Notes: generated by a model from the letters alone, not told the origin. A stretch of DNA of 64,000 nucleotides from an uncultured Mycoplasmatota bacterium (GCA_937944975.1 CALEBF010000014.1:82304-146303); one strand, 5' to 3'; positions 10,382 through 20,352 are shown, numbered from the stretch's first letter. Translations and numbers: made by a program.

Positions 10382-10851
10382 AAAAACGCGTATTATTTGT
10401 ATCCTCTACGGGAGGACATTTATCAGAATTATTACAACTAAAATCTTTGTTTGAAAAGGTGGATTATCATATTATAACGGAGAAGACAAAATCTAATCTT
10501 GCTTTAAAAGAGAAATATCCATCTCGCGTTAATTTTTTGATTTATGGTACGAAAGATCACATGTTAACTTATCCTGTGAAATTATTTTTAAATTGTTTGA
10601 AAAGTCTTTATTTCTATTTTAGGTTTCATCCAGATTACATTATCACAACTGGAGCACATACGGCTGGACCAATTTGTTGTATTGGGAAGATTTTTGGGAG
10701 TCGAATTATCTATGTAGAAACATTTGCCAATAAGAAAACGAAGACGATTACGGGAAGATTATTATATCCGATCTCTGATTTGTTTGTTGTACAGTGGAAA
10801 GAAATGCAAGAACTATATCCAGATGCAACATATGGAGGATGGATTTACTAA
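10378..10851 (+). CDS. Alg14-like glycosyltransferase membrane-anchor subunit (PssD/Cps14F-like)
   Basis: The N-terminal 'VLFVSSTGGHLSELLQL' matches the Alg14 GGH motif. About 157 aa. Its start overlaps the upstream stop (ATGA). Confidence 0.6.
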   Translation: MKKRVLFVSSTGGHLSELLQLKSLFEKVDYHIITEKTKSNLALKEKYPSRVNFLIYGTKDHMLTYPVKLFLNCLKSLYFYFRFHPDYIITTGAHTAGPICCIGKIFGSRIIYVETFANKKTKTITGRLLYPISDLFVVQWKEMQELYPDATYGGWIY

Positions 10852-10863
10852 AGGAGGAGCTTT

Positions 10864-11703
10864 ATGATATTAGTTACACTTGGAACACAAGATAAAAGTT
10901 TTCATCGTTTATTAGAAGAAATCGAACGATTGATGCAAAAAAAAATGATCCAGGATCGCGTCGTTGTACAAGCGGGAGATACGAAGTTTGAATCAAAACG
11001 TATGGAAATTTTTGATTTACTTCCAATGGACGAGTTTGAATCATATATGGAAGAAGCTGATTTAGTGATTACGCATGGTGGGATTGGATCTATATTAACA
11101 GCTTTGAAATACGGAAAAAAAGTGATTGCGGTTCCAAGATTATCGAAATATAAAGAACATACGAATGATCATCAATTGCAAATTATAGAAGATTTTGGAG
11201 ACCGAAAATATATTATCGGGGTATCCTCTGTAGAGGAGTTAGAAAGTGCTTTTCGAAAAGTCAAAAAATTTAAACCGAAGAAGTATAAAACAAACAATAA
11301 AAAATTTGTAGCATTGATCGAAAATTATATAGAAAAAGACGATCATGTAAGTTGGTATAATCGACACCATAGAATCATACAGTGGATTACGCTAAGTTTG
11401 TTTACGAGTTTATTTAGTTTTGGTGGATACTTATTATTAGAACCTTATCTTGGAACATATTTATCGATTCTGATCGTGCTAAGTTTAAGCTCTCTTTATC
11501 TAAGTCGTTTCAGTCATTCTGGTATGTGGTATCAAATCGTTGCATTTATATTAACTCTTACGATTGGATGTTTAGGATTTTATGCGACTTATGAAATGTG
11601 GAATCTCCATGAGTTATATATCATTTTCTTAGTTTTCTTATGCTCCCTTCTCGTTGCATTTTATCTTTTCGTCGATAAGCGAGAAGAAATGAAGGAAAAG
11701 TAA
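10864..11703 (+). CDS. Alg13-like UDP-sugar glycosyltransferase catalytic subunit (PssE/Cps14G-like; GT28 C-terminal domain) fused to a C-terminal 4-TM region
   Basis: Residues 1-160 carry 'ILVTLGTQDKSFHRLL...ADLVITHGGIGSILTALKYGKKVIAVPR', the GT28-C/Alg13 signature. Residues 165-279 are strongly hydrophobic, with about four helices. Confidence 0.6.
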   Translation: MILVTLGTQDKSFHRLLEEIERLMQKKMIQDRVVVQAGDTKFESKRMEIFDLLPMDEFESYMEEADLVITHGGIGSILTALKYGKKVIAVPRLSKYKEHTNDHQLQIIEDFGDRKYIIGVSSVEELESAFRKVKKFKPKKYKTNNKKFVALIENYIEKDDHVSWYNRHHRIIQWITLSLFTSLFSFGGYLLLEPYLGTYLSILIVLSLSSLYLSRFSHSGMWYQIVAFILTLTIGCLGFYATYEMWNLHELYIIFLVFLCSLLVAFYLFVDKREEMKEK

Positions 11704-11705
11704 AA

Positions 11706-11743
11706 AAGATATTCGCACGAGCTACCGTAATATCTTTTTTTTT
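11706..11743 (+). terminator. Rho-independent terminator ending the glycan operon
   Basis: AAGATATT...AATATCTT stem followed by a 9-T run. Confidence 0.55.
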
Positions 11744-11769
11744 GATATACTAGATAAGTAGGTGATTGT

Positions 11770-14700
11770 ATGCAAGATAAAATGAAAATATTACTGGATC
11801 AAATCAAATTGCCAAAGGAAAGTTATTCTTACTATGAGAATGCAACTTTGAAAAGAATTATCGGAAATAGAGCGAAAGATCAATATCATTTTTTAATAGA
11901 ATTAGAAAGTACGTTGCCTGTAGAAGAGTACGAGCAATTTTTGGAATACTTGCCCAAAGGATTTCCAACAATTCGTAAAGTAGACGTACGCTTTACAGCA
12001 AATCGTGTCTTAAAGCAATATATACCTGAGTACTTTAACAAGTATATATCGAATTATGCAAAGGAGCATCCTCTATATCAAACTTTTTTAAATGGCCAAC
12101 CGACACTTACAGATGGGACACTAACAATCGTCGTTAGTTGTAAGGCAGAGAAGATGCAACTGGAGCATATTCAAAGCGAACTGATTAAATATTTTGAGCA
12201 TGCAGGGTTTGGAGAAATGCTATTGGAAATAGAAATCGATTCAACTCTTTCTCATGCAGTTTATGATGAGATTATCGAAGAAATGCACGCACCGTTACCA
12301 GAACATATGCCAGATCCAATACCGCCAGTGGAAGAGCAGAGAGAACCAGCAAAGAAATTTTCTAAAAAAGGCTACTCTCGAAAGTTGGTTCAGGATACAG
12401 ATGATCCTGATGTCATTGTCGGACGTAAAATTGAAGAACAGATCATGCATATCGATCATATTCTAGGAGAAATGAATAGTGTTGTATTTGAAGGCCACAT
12501 CTTCGGAATGGAAGTACGTGATACGAGAACGGAATTAAAAATCGTCACTTTAAAAATTACGGATTACACAGATAGTATCTATGCAAAGATGTTTGTAAAT
12601 GACGCAGATGATTTTGCGCATATTAAAAAGAATGTCAAAGTAGGAAACTGGTATGTTTTCCGTGGAAATGCAAAAGATGATCAATATTCTAAAGAATTGA
12701 CAGTTACGATTCGTGATATCAATGCATTAGATAGACCAGTAGAAGAAATCAAAGATGAAGCAGAGGAAAAGAGAGTAGAGCTTCACGCTCATACGATGAT
12801 GAGTCAGATGGATGGTGTTGTCGATGCCAAAAAATTAGTGAAGCAAGCACGTAAATGGGGACACCGTGCGATAGCAATTACTGATCATAACGGAGGGCAA
12901 GCGTTCCCGGATGTCTACCATACGATCTGCGACATCAATAAGAGTTTAGCTAAAGGAGAAGAACCATTCAAGGCTATTTACGGAACTGAATTAACGTTAA
13001 TAGATGATACGGTCGATATTATTATTCGTCCGGATGACTCACCATTATTAGAGACGACTTATGTAGTATTCGACCTTGAGACGACCGGATTCAACGCCGG
13101 AGGAAAAGATTCCATTATCGAAATAGGTGCTGTTAAAATCTGCAATGGAGAAATTTTAGATCGCTTCGATCAATTGATAGATCCAAAGAGAAAACTACCA
13201 GCTAAAATAGTGGAACTTACGAATATAACAGATGAGATGTTAGTTGGAATGCCATCGGAAGAAGAGGCTGTGCGTGATTTTATCGCGTGGTTCGGAGATT
13301 TACCAATGGTTGCTCACAATGCCAAATTCGACGTATCATTCCTTGAAATGGCATATAAAAAATATAATTTAGGAACTTTTAAAAATACCGTTCTCGATAC
13401 ATTAGAGTTATCTCGAACGATGGATAATAATTTTGCACGTCATGGACTTTCTGCATTAGTCAAGAGATATAATGTGCCATGGGATGAAGATGCTCATCAT
13501 AGAGCTGACTACGATGCAGAAGGAACAGCACTCGTCTTACACAAGATGTTGAAAAAGTTAAACGATCGTAATTATGAAACATTGCGTGATTTAGAAAAGA
13601 TCGTATCGAAAGATGAAATTCATAAATATGGACGTTCTCATCACGTTAATATTTTGGCGAAAAATAAAACAGGACTTAAAAACCTATTCAAAATTATTAG
13701 TTATGCCAACACGAAATATTTATATAAAACACCACGTATTCTTCGTAGTGAGATCGAAAAACACAGAGAAGGATTGCTCATTGGAAGTGGATGTTATGAA
13801 TCAGAAGTCTTCAAAGAAGCGAGAAGTAAGAGCGATGAGGAGTTAACGAACATTATTAACTTTTATGATTATGTAGAGGTACAACCACTCGATTGCTATG
13901 ATCACTTGTTGCAGATGAACGATTTCGCATCAAAACAAGAATTGATAGATCACATCAAAAAAATTGTACGTGTTACGGAAGAGGCAGGAAAAATTATCGT
14001 GGCGACTGGAGATGTACACCATTTGACAAAAGAAGACAAGATATATCGTGAAATCATTGTCAACCAAAAAGTTCCAGGTGGTGGAAGACATCCTTTAGCG
14101 CGTAGCAATATTAAAGAGATTCCAAGTTATCACTTTAGAACGACGACGGAAATGTTAGAAGATTTTGCTTTCTTAGGAGAGGAAAAAGCGAGGGAAATCG
14201 TCGTAAAGAATACGAATATGATTGCCGATATGGTAGATATTATCGAAGTAATTATTGAAACTGGTGGAGTCCCATTTTCTCCAAAAATCGAAAATTCTGT
14301 AGAAACGGTAAATGAACTTGTATATGGAAGGGCACATGAATTATATGGAGACCCTCTCCCTAAGATTATCGAAGAGAGAATCGAACAAGAATTAAAGGGA
14401 ATCATCGGTGGTGGATTCGACGTTATCTACTTAATTGCCCAAAAACTTGTAAAACATTCAAATGACGATGGCTACCTCGTAGGAAGCCGAGGATCCGTAG
14501 GATCAAGTTTCGTCGCTACGATGATGGGAATTACAGAAGTAAATCCACTTCCTGCACATTATATCTGTCCAAATTGTAAGCACAGTATTTTTGAAGAGGA
14601 CGGAGAAGCATTGGGAGCAAAATATTCCAGTGGATTTGACCTTCCAAATAAGAAATGCCCAAAGTGTGGTACATGGATGAATAAAGAAGGACAAGACATG

Positions 14701-16185
14701 CCATTCGCAACATTCCTTGGATTCAATGCCGATAAAGTACCTGATATCGATTTGAACTTCTCAGGAGATTACCAATGGAAAGCACATGAATATACAAAAG
14801 TACTATTCGGAGTAGATAATGTATATCGTGCCGGAACGATCGGTACCGTCGCCGAGAAAACAGCATTTGGATTTGTAAAAGGATATTGTGAGGATAAAGG
14901 AATTCACATGAGATCTGCTGAGATCGAACGTCTGGCAGCTGGTTGTACAGGAGTGAAAAGAACGACAGGACAACACCCAGGTGGAATTGTCGTTATTCCA
15001 GGATACATGGATGTATTCGATTTTACACCATTCCAATATCCAGCAGACGATGCGACATCTTTGTGGCGTACGACTCACTTTGATTACCATGCGATTGATC
15101 AAGACGTATTAAAATTGGATATTTTAGGACACGTCGATCCAACGCAGTTACGTATGTTACAAGATCTATCTGGTATGGATGTGACCAAAGTCCCACTCGA
15201 TGATAAAGATACGATGGATATTTTCTGCTCTCCAAAGCCATTAGGAGTTACGAAAGAACAAATTATGTGCGAGACAGGAACTCTTGGAATTCCAGAGTTT
15301 GGGACACCGTTTACGATTGGAATGTTACAGGATACAAAACCGAAGACGTTTGCCGAGTTGATCAAAATTTCTGGTCTTTCTCACGGAACGGATGTATGGC
15401 TTGGAAACGCACAAGAATTGATTCGAAATAACGTTGTTCCATTTGCTAAGGTTATCGGATGTCGTGACGATATCATGGTATATCTTATGTACAATGGACT
15501 AGAACCAATCAAAGCATTTAAAATTATGGAGTTTGTTCGTAAAGGGAAGGCAAGTAAAGATCCGGAAACATGGAAAAAATATGAAGCAGAGATGAAGGAA
15601 GCGAAAATCGCTGACTGGTTTATCGATTCGTGTTCTAAGATTAAGTACATGTTCCCGAAAGCCCATGCAGCTGCCTATGTTATTAGTGCATTCCGTATTG
15701 CTTGGTTTAAAGTTCACCATCCGAATTGGTATTATGCATCTTATTTCTCTGTTCGATGCACAGATTTTGATATCGAAACGATGATCAAGGGATATGATGC
15801 AATTAAAAATCGAATTATAGAAATTAATAATATGGGAAAAGGTGAGGCAAGTAATAAAGACTTAGAAGTTGTCGAAGTTTTGAAAATTGCTTTAGAGGCA
15901 ACTGCACGTGGTATTACGTTTGGAAATATCGATCTAAAACGAAGCGATTCTATGAAGTTTGTAATCGACGAAGATGGAACTACTTTAATTCCACCATTTA
16001 GAACGATCGACGGATTAGGAGATACAGTTGCGAAAAAAATTGTAGAAGAAAGGGAAAAGGCTGAATTCTTAAGTATCGAAGATTTACAAAAGAGAGCTAA
16101 GGTTTCAGGAACATTGATTGAAAAAATGAGAATGATGGGAATCTTAGACGGTATGGAAGAATCGAGTCAATTAAGTCTTTTCTAA
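11770..16185 (+). CDS. polC: DNA polymerase III alpha subunit, Gram-positive PolC type
   Basis: 1471 aa. It contains a PHP domain, a DEDD 3'-5' exonuclease insert ('VVFDLETTGF', 'HNAKFDVSFL'), a zinc-finger 'CPNCKHS...CPKCG', and a polymerase core 'GSRGSVGSSFVATMMGITEVNPL'. Confidence 0.95.
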   Translation: MQDKMKILLDQIKLPKESYSYYENATLKRIIGNRAKDQYHFLIELESTLPVEEYEQFLEYLPKGFPTIRKVDVRFTANRVLKQYIPEYFNKYISNYAKEHPLYQTFLNGQPTLTDGTLTIVVSCKAEKMQLEHIQSELIKYFEHAGFGEMLLEIEIDSTLSHAVYDEIIEEMHAPLPEHMPDPIPPVEEQREPAKKFSKKGYSRKLVQDTDDPDVIVGRKIEEQIMHIDHILGEMNSVVFEGHIFGMEVRDTRTELKIVTLKITDYTDSIYAKMFVNDADDFAHIKKNVKVGNWYVFRGNAKDDQYSKELTVTIRDINALDRPVEEIKDEAEEKRVELHAHTMMSQMDGVVDAKKLVKQARKWGHRAIAITDHNGGQAFPDVYHTICDINKSLAKGEEPFKAIYGTELTLIDDTVDIIIRPDDSPLLETTYVVFDLETTGFNAGGKDSIIEIGAVKICNGEILDRFDQLIDPKRKLPAKIVELTNITDEMLVGMPSEEEAVRDFIAWFGDLPMVAHNAKFDVSFLEMAYKKYNLGTFKNTVLDTLELSRTMDNNFARHGLSALVKRYNVPWDEDAHHRADYDAEGTALVLHKMLKKLNDRNYETLRDLEKIVSKDEIHKYGRSHHVNILAKNKTGLKNLFKIISYANTKYLYKTPRILRSEIEKHREGLLIGSGCYESEVFKEARSKSDEELTNIINFYDYVEVQPLDCYDHLLQMNDFASKQELIDHIKKIVRVTEEAGKIIVATGDVHHLTKEDKIYREIIVNQKVPGGGRHPLARSNIKEIPSYHFRTTTEMLEDFAFLGEEKAREIVVKNTNMIADMVDIIEVIIETGGVPFSPKIENSVETVNELVYGRAHELYGDPLPKIIEERIEQELKGIIGGGFDVIYLIAQKLVKHSNDDGYLVGSRGSVGSSFVATMMGITEVNPLPAHYICPNCKHSIFEEDGEALGAKYSSGFDLPNKKCPKCGTWMNKEGQDMPFATFLGFNADKVPDIDLNFSGDYQWKAHEYTKVLFGVDNVYRAGTIGTVAEKTAFGFVKGYCEDKGIHMRSAEIERLAAGCTGVKRTTGQHPGGIVVIPGYMDVFDFTPFQYPADDATSLWRTTHFDYHAIDQDVLKLDILGHVDPTQLRMLQDLSGMDVTKVPLDDKDTMDIFCSPKPLGVTKEQIMCETGTLGIPEFGTPFTIGMLQDTKPKTFAELIKISGLSHGTDVWLGNAQELIRNNVVPFAKVIGCRDDIMVYLMYNGLEPIKAFKIMEFVRKGKASKDPETWKKYEAEMKEAKIADWFIDSCSKIKYMFPKAHAAAYVISAFRIAWFKVHHPNWYYASYFSVRCTDFDIETMIKGYDAIKNRIIEINNMGKGEASNKDLEVVEVLKIALEATARGITFGNIDLKRSDSMKFVIDEDGTTLIPPFRTIDGLGDTVAKKIVEEREKAEFLSIEDLQKRAKVSGTLIEKMRMMGILDGMEESSQLSLF

Positions 16186-16193
16186 GGTGATAT

Positions 16194-16748
16194 ATGAACA
16201 AGGAAAATACAAAGACAATCGTTCGAAGAAGAAAAATTGGATCAAATTACGTGGAAGAACTAGAATACTATGATTTTAATTTATATCCTCTTCATTTGAT
16301 TGAACCTGGATATCAATTGTTCGTCGTTCCCACTGATACGATCAACGAAGCTTGTTATATTGTGAGACAAAGTGATTTTTCACTGCATTGTTTAAGTCAT
16401 GCAAAATATGCAAAAGAACTTGTAAAAAGTGAGGCGTTTATAAAACGAGAAGAAGAAGAGTATCAAAATTCTAATGGAACTACTCCGAGATGGAAAGATT
16501 ATCGAGAGATGTATGAGGATCAAGAAGTAAGATATTTGATCGAAAGAAAAGGCTTTATTTTATTTTCTCCACCTAGTAAATTTGATATGATGATTAATCC
16601 AGCATTTATCCCGGATATAAAATTACTGACTGTACAGGAAATCCATAACTTTTTCTATTTATTAGATATCAATCCTAATTTACATATAGATAAAGAGATA
16701 CAAGATAAATTGTTAGCTAAAATAACGACGAAAAACAAGAGTCGATAA
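16194..16748 (+). CDS. Hypothetical protein
   Basis: 184 aa ORF 8 nt after polC with an RBS. No recognisable motif. Confidence 0.4.
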   Translation: MNKENTKTIVRRRKIGSNYVEELEYYDFNLYPLHLIEPGYQLFVVPTDTINEACYIVRQSDFSLHCLSHAKYAKELVKSEAFIKREEEEYQNSNGTTPRWKDYREMYEDQEVRYLIERKGFILFSPPSKFDMMINPAFIPDIKLLTVQEIHNFFYLLDINPNLHIDKEIQDKLLAKITTKNKSR

Positions 16749-16750
16749 AA

Positions 16751-16774
16751 GAGATGTGAAAACATCTCTTTTCT
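16751..16774 (+). terminator. Rho-independent terminator
   Basis: GAGATGT-gaaa-ACATCTC followed by TTTTCT. Confidence 0.6.
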
Positions 16775-16777
16775 ATA

Positions 16778-16818
16778 GGCCGTATGTTATTTGAAAAGCA
16801 GGCAAATAACATACGGCC
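16778..16818. repeat. Perfect 16-bp inverted repeat (GGCCGTATGTTATTTG-N9-CAAATAACATACGGCC) with no T-tract
   Basis: Read directly. A strong stem-loop between convergent genes. It lacks the U-tail of an intrinsic terminator in either orientation. Confidence 0.5.
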
Positions 16819-16825
16819 TAGCAAA

Positions 16826-17218
16826 TTATAATAATGCGGTATCGGCAATCGTAAATCCATTAGAAGAATCGTGAGTGACGATATAATAGCCGACAATTGC
16901 GGCAAGAAAGGCAAGTGCCGAATTAAATTCTTGTAAATATAAATTCGTTGCCCTTTTTCCTTCTTTTTTTGCGATTTGAATATTTCCATATCCTACGTAA
17001 AGATAAATCAATACGACGATGATGATTAAAACACTGTTGAAGTAACTTAATTTTCTTGCTTCTTCATCCGAAAAGAGGCGCGGTTGATCAGAAAGAGAAA
17101 GGATTTTGTCATAGGTTAGAATAATAGATATGACAACAGTAAGAAGAAACCCCATTGCAGCGACTAATTGTATCGTAAGTAACTCGATTTGTTGTTCGGT
17201 CGTATTATTCTGCTGCAT
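16826..17218 (-). CDS. Hypothetical small membrane protein
   Basis: 130 aa with three hydrophobic helices. Convergent with the polC-side genes. Confidence 0.4.
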   Translation of the reverse strand: MQQNNTTEQQIELLTIQLVAAMGFLLTVVISIILTYDKILSLSDQPRLFSDEEARKLSYFNSVLIIIVVLIYLYVGYGNIQIAKKEGKRATNLYLQEFNSALAFLAAIVGYYIVTHDSSNGFTIADTALL

Positions 17219-18506
17219 CTAATTTTGCCCTTGTTCGAATTTTTTTGACTGTTTCTAGTTCACTTGCAGTCACGAACTGATATCCTTGTTCCTTCAAGGT
17301 GGGAATGATGATTTTTAACGCGTCATAAGAACGTTTATGTGTATCGTGCATTAAGATAATCGATGTATCTTGACAAGATTTTAAAACACGATTTGCGATC
17401 GTATTTGCATTTTTTATCTTCCAATCAGATGAATCGACAGTCCACATGATAGGTGTTAAATCCACTTGCTTTTTTAAATCATCGTTTACAGCACCATAGG
17501 TAGGACGAAATACGCGCGGAGTAAATCCAGTTAGCTTCTTAATTGAGTTTTGTGTCTGAGTGATTTCTTCTTGTAGATCATTATGGTCTAATTTTGTTAG
17601 CCATTTATGCGAAAAAGAGTGATTTCCAATTTCGTTTCCGTTTTTTAGCATGGTCTGAACAGTTTCCTGGTACCGGTTAATCTTGTTTCCAATTAAGAAG
17701 AAAGTAGCAGTGACTTGCTCTTTTTCTAAGAGATTTAAAATTTGTTCTGTATAATAGCTAGGACCATCGTCAAAGGTAAGTGCGATGACTTTTTTATTAG
17801 GATCGATTACTTTTTCTGGTATGGGAATTACATCGTGTTCTTCTTCTTCGAAAACGCCTCGCTCGAACTCGATTTTTAAACCAATCTTATCTAAAGGAAG
17901 TTCTATAGAAATGATATCTTCATATCCGGCTGTCAATTGTTCTGGATTATAATATAGGACGAGATAATCTTCTGTTAATGTAAAGAGGGAAAACTTATCA
18001 AAATCAGGTACCATCATTTCTGAAAATTTTTCCATTAAAATACAATCTTTATACTTTGAAAGTAATGCCTCTTTGATGAGTGGTAGAATTTTTTTTAATT
18101 CCTCTTTAGAAATGAAGTCTTCGAGTGTCAATATTTTTTTCTCCGTCTGATCTAAGACGTATGTATGAATTTTATTGTTTGAATGTTCTAATGCATCTGA
18201 TTGTGACATTGTCGTGAGAGTAATCATTACATATCGTTCATGTAGTATATCGTAAGTATAAGATAGATTAAATTCGGATGGGGTTGAGAGGGATTTTGTA
18301 TCTTTTTGAAATTTTTGATAGTCGAGATCGACATCTTTCTTTATTTGCGCATCCAATTTTTCATGATTGGTAATAGGGTAATTGATTGCTACTTTTTGAT
18401 ATTCCGTTTGACGAATCATCGTCTTTACTTTTTCGCGTACGACAGTTTTATCTTCGCAACCGACAAAAAGAATGGTAGACAAGAGTAGCAGAATTAGTTT
18501 TTTCAT
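17205..18506 (-). CDS. Polysaccharide deacetylase-family lipoprotein (PdaC-like peptidoglycan deacetylase)
   Basis: Lipobox 'LLLSTILFVGC'. The C-terminal NodB homology domain carries 'ALTFDDGPSYYT' and 'HSFSHKWLTKL'. The ATG at 18506 is preferred over the M at 18515. Confidence 0.7.
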   Translation of the reverse strand: MKKLILLLLSTILFVGCEDKTVVREKVKTMIRQTEYQKVAINYPITNHEKLDAQIKKDVDLDYQKFQKDTKSLSTPSEFNLSYTYDILHERYVMITLTTMSQSDALEHSNNKIHTYVLDQTEKKILTLEDFISKEELKKILPLIKEALLSKYKDCILMEKFSEMMVPDFDKFSLFTLTEDYLVLYYNPEQLTAGYEDIISIELPLDKIGLKIEFERGVFEEEEHDVIPIPEKVIDPNKKVIALTFDDGPSYYTEQILNLLEKEQVTATFFLIGNKINRYQETVQTMLKNGNEIGNHSFSHKWLTKLDHNDLQEEITQTQNSIKKLTGFTPRVFRPTYGAVNDDLKKQVDLTPIMWTVDSSDWKIKNANTIANRVLKSCQDTSIILMHDTHKRSYDALKIIIPTLKEQGYQFVTASELETVKKIRTRAKLDAAE

Positions 18507-18606
18507 ACATATCACCTGTTAAAATATATTCAAAACTAGTTGAAATCAATACAAAATAATTTTTATACGGAATATAAGAAAATAGGAGAGGGAAGGTGTA
18601 TGATAA

Positions 18607-18963
18607 ATGGAACAATTATTTCCGGCTAAATTACTCGATTTACTTGTCATCAGTGTTACGTTTAGTATGATTGGCATGGTTTTCATACAGAAGTGTAAAT
18701 CGATGAAGTTCGTTAGAAAAAAATGGCAAGTATGTTTGTTAAATTTGTTATTTTCTTTTCTTGTCGGAATGCCGTTTGCGAATGTTTTTTACGACGTTTC
18801 ATGGTTGGATTCGATATGGGTAGGACTGTTTGCTTTTGTAGGAGCGCCATCTATATATGATGCGTTAAAGAATCAAAAAATTTTTAATTACAAGCCAAGC
18901 TCGCTACAGGATACGATAGCGATACCAAAAGAAAATGAAATTATGGTACCAAAAGATGATTAG
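18607..18963 (+). CDS. Hypothetical small membrane protein
   Basis: 118 aa with three TM helices. Divergent from the deacetylase gene. Confidence 0.35.
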   Translation: MEQLFPAKLLDLLVISVTFSMIGMVFIQKCKSMKFVRKKWQVCLLNLLFSFLVGMPFANVFYDVSWLDSIWVGLFAFVGAPSIYDALKNQKIFNYKPSSLQDTIAIPKENEIMVPKDD

Positions 18964-19029
18964 TTCATCTTTTTTCTTTTCAAACCAATTGATTTATGCT
19001 ATGATAATACTATAAAGTGAGGGACTAAA

Positions 19030-20352
19030 ATGAAGCAGGAAGGATATGTAAATGCAGAAGGAGCACCAATTGTACATAAGGAAATCGATAAAAAAACTCT
19101 AATGATTCGAATCGGCATTGTTGCTCTTGTTGTCTTTATTATCATCTTTATTTTTATTATCGTACAAAAGAGTAGTAAAAATAAGAAATGTAATAAAATC
19201 GAAGATACGATCGAGAGTGCAGCACTTTCTTCTGCAAGAGAACAAAAAATATTACCAACGGTAGAAGGAAAATCTGTTACATTGGATATCGATGATTTAA
19301 TTAAAGACGGTACGCTATCGAGTGAAGAAGCAAACAATGGAAAAGATGCTTGCAAAGGAAAAGTGACAATTACAAAATATAAAGAAGATTATCATATGGC
19401 AGTGAATCTAACTGGTTGTGGTTTCTGTGCGACGGAAGAAAGATATGGAAACTGGAAAGAATCAGATAAAATGCCATCTGGAAATGTGTATGTAGAGTTG
19501 GTACCTTCTTATAATTATTGCACGTTTGAAACCAATTACGGTATGTGGAGTGATTATTTGACAGAAGATCAATTGGAATCTAAAAAAGATAAAAAATATA
19601 AGATAAACTTACCAAAACAAATGGATTTGATTCCAGAAGCACCAGTGGATGCACATATTGTAACGATCGAAGAGGAGAAGAAAAATTACTATCGTTATCA
19701 AGATAAAATGTGGAAATTCTATTCTAATCCGAATGCGAATTGTTCTGCATATAGTTCCGAGCAGCCAAGCGGATATGCAACAAAGGATGAAACATCACAA
19801 ATCGAATCGGATCCATCTCCATGGTCACTTTCTTACCCGGATGAAAAAGACTATCGTTCTATTACGAGAGAGATCGGATACCGTTGGTATTATATGGATG
19901 GTAAAAAGAAAGTATATTGGAAAAATGGGAAGTATGCAGTAGAGCAACCTGGGGAAAAATACACCGAAAAAGATAATGAGTCTCCAATGTATTCTTATAC
20001 GGATTTAATGTGGCGTTGGTGTAACGGTGCAACAAGACGTTACATATCGTATAGTTCTGTTATGAATTCAAGTTTCCCATATCGTGATGATGAAACGATG
20101 ATTACAACGTCATGGTCTAGCTACGATGAAGAGTCTAGACTCGATGATACGAATCGTGGATATCGTACAGAAGAAATACAAGTAAGATCACGTTTTAGAT
20201 ATAAATACGATATATATTCTTTACCATTATTAGATAATTACGTGAGTGCAAGTAAATTTGAAGAGACGGTTGGAACGACATTAGAAGAGTTTGTAAAGCA
20301 ACCAAATGTAAAAGTAGAGGTAAAATATACATATAAATATAGAAAAGCTTAA
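19030..20352 (+). CDS. Hypothetical N-terminally membrane-anchored protein, Tyr/Trp/Cys-rich extracytoplasmic domain
   Basis: RBS AGTGAGGGA before the ATG. TM segment 'IRIGIVALVVFIIIFIFIIV'. The remainder is Y/W-rich with paired cysteines. Followed by the hairpin AACATCC-cata-GGATGTT plus a T-run. Confidence 0.45.
   Translation: MKQEGYVNAEGAPIVHKEIDKKTLMIRIGIVALVVFIIIFIFIIVQKSSKNKKCNKIEDTIESAALSSAREQKILPTVEGKSVTLDIDDLIKDGTLSSEEANNGKDACKGKVTITKYKEDYHMAVNLTGCGFCATEERYGNWKESDKMPSGNVYVELVPSYNYCTFETNYGMWSDYLTEDQLESKKDKKYKINLPKQMDLIPEAPVDAHIVTIEEEKKNYYRYQDKMWKFYSNPNANCSAYSSEQPSGYATKDETSQIESDPSPWSLSYPDEKDYRSITREIGYRWYYMDGKKKVYWKNGKYAVEQPGEKYTEKDNESPMYSYTDLMWRWCNGATRRYISYSSVMNSSFPYRDDETMITTSWSSYDEESRLDDTNRGYRTEEIQVRSRFRYKYDIYSLPLLDNYVSASKFEETVGTTLEEFVKQPNVKVEVKYTYKYRKA

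Noticed and set aside
12254-15720. Numerous 60-100 aa ORFs inside polC, mostly on the minus strand (e.g. 14130-14405, 15381-15650)
   Set aside because: They are fully embedded in a high-confidence 1471-aa polC reading frame and lack RBSs. They are typical antisense chance ORFs in AT-rich DNA.
18999-19355. 118-aa minus-strand ORF opposite the 19030 gene
   Set aside because: It lies entirely antisense to a longer plus-strand ORF that has a good RBS. Its low-complexity composition is typical of a shadow ORF.
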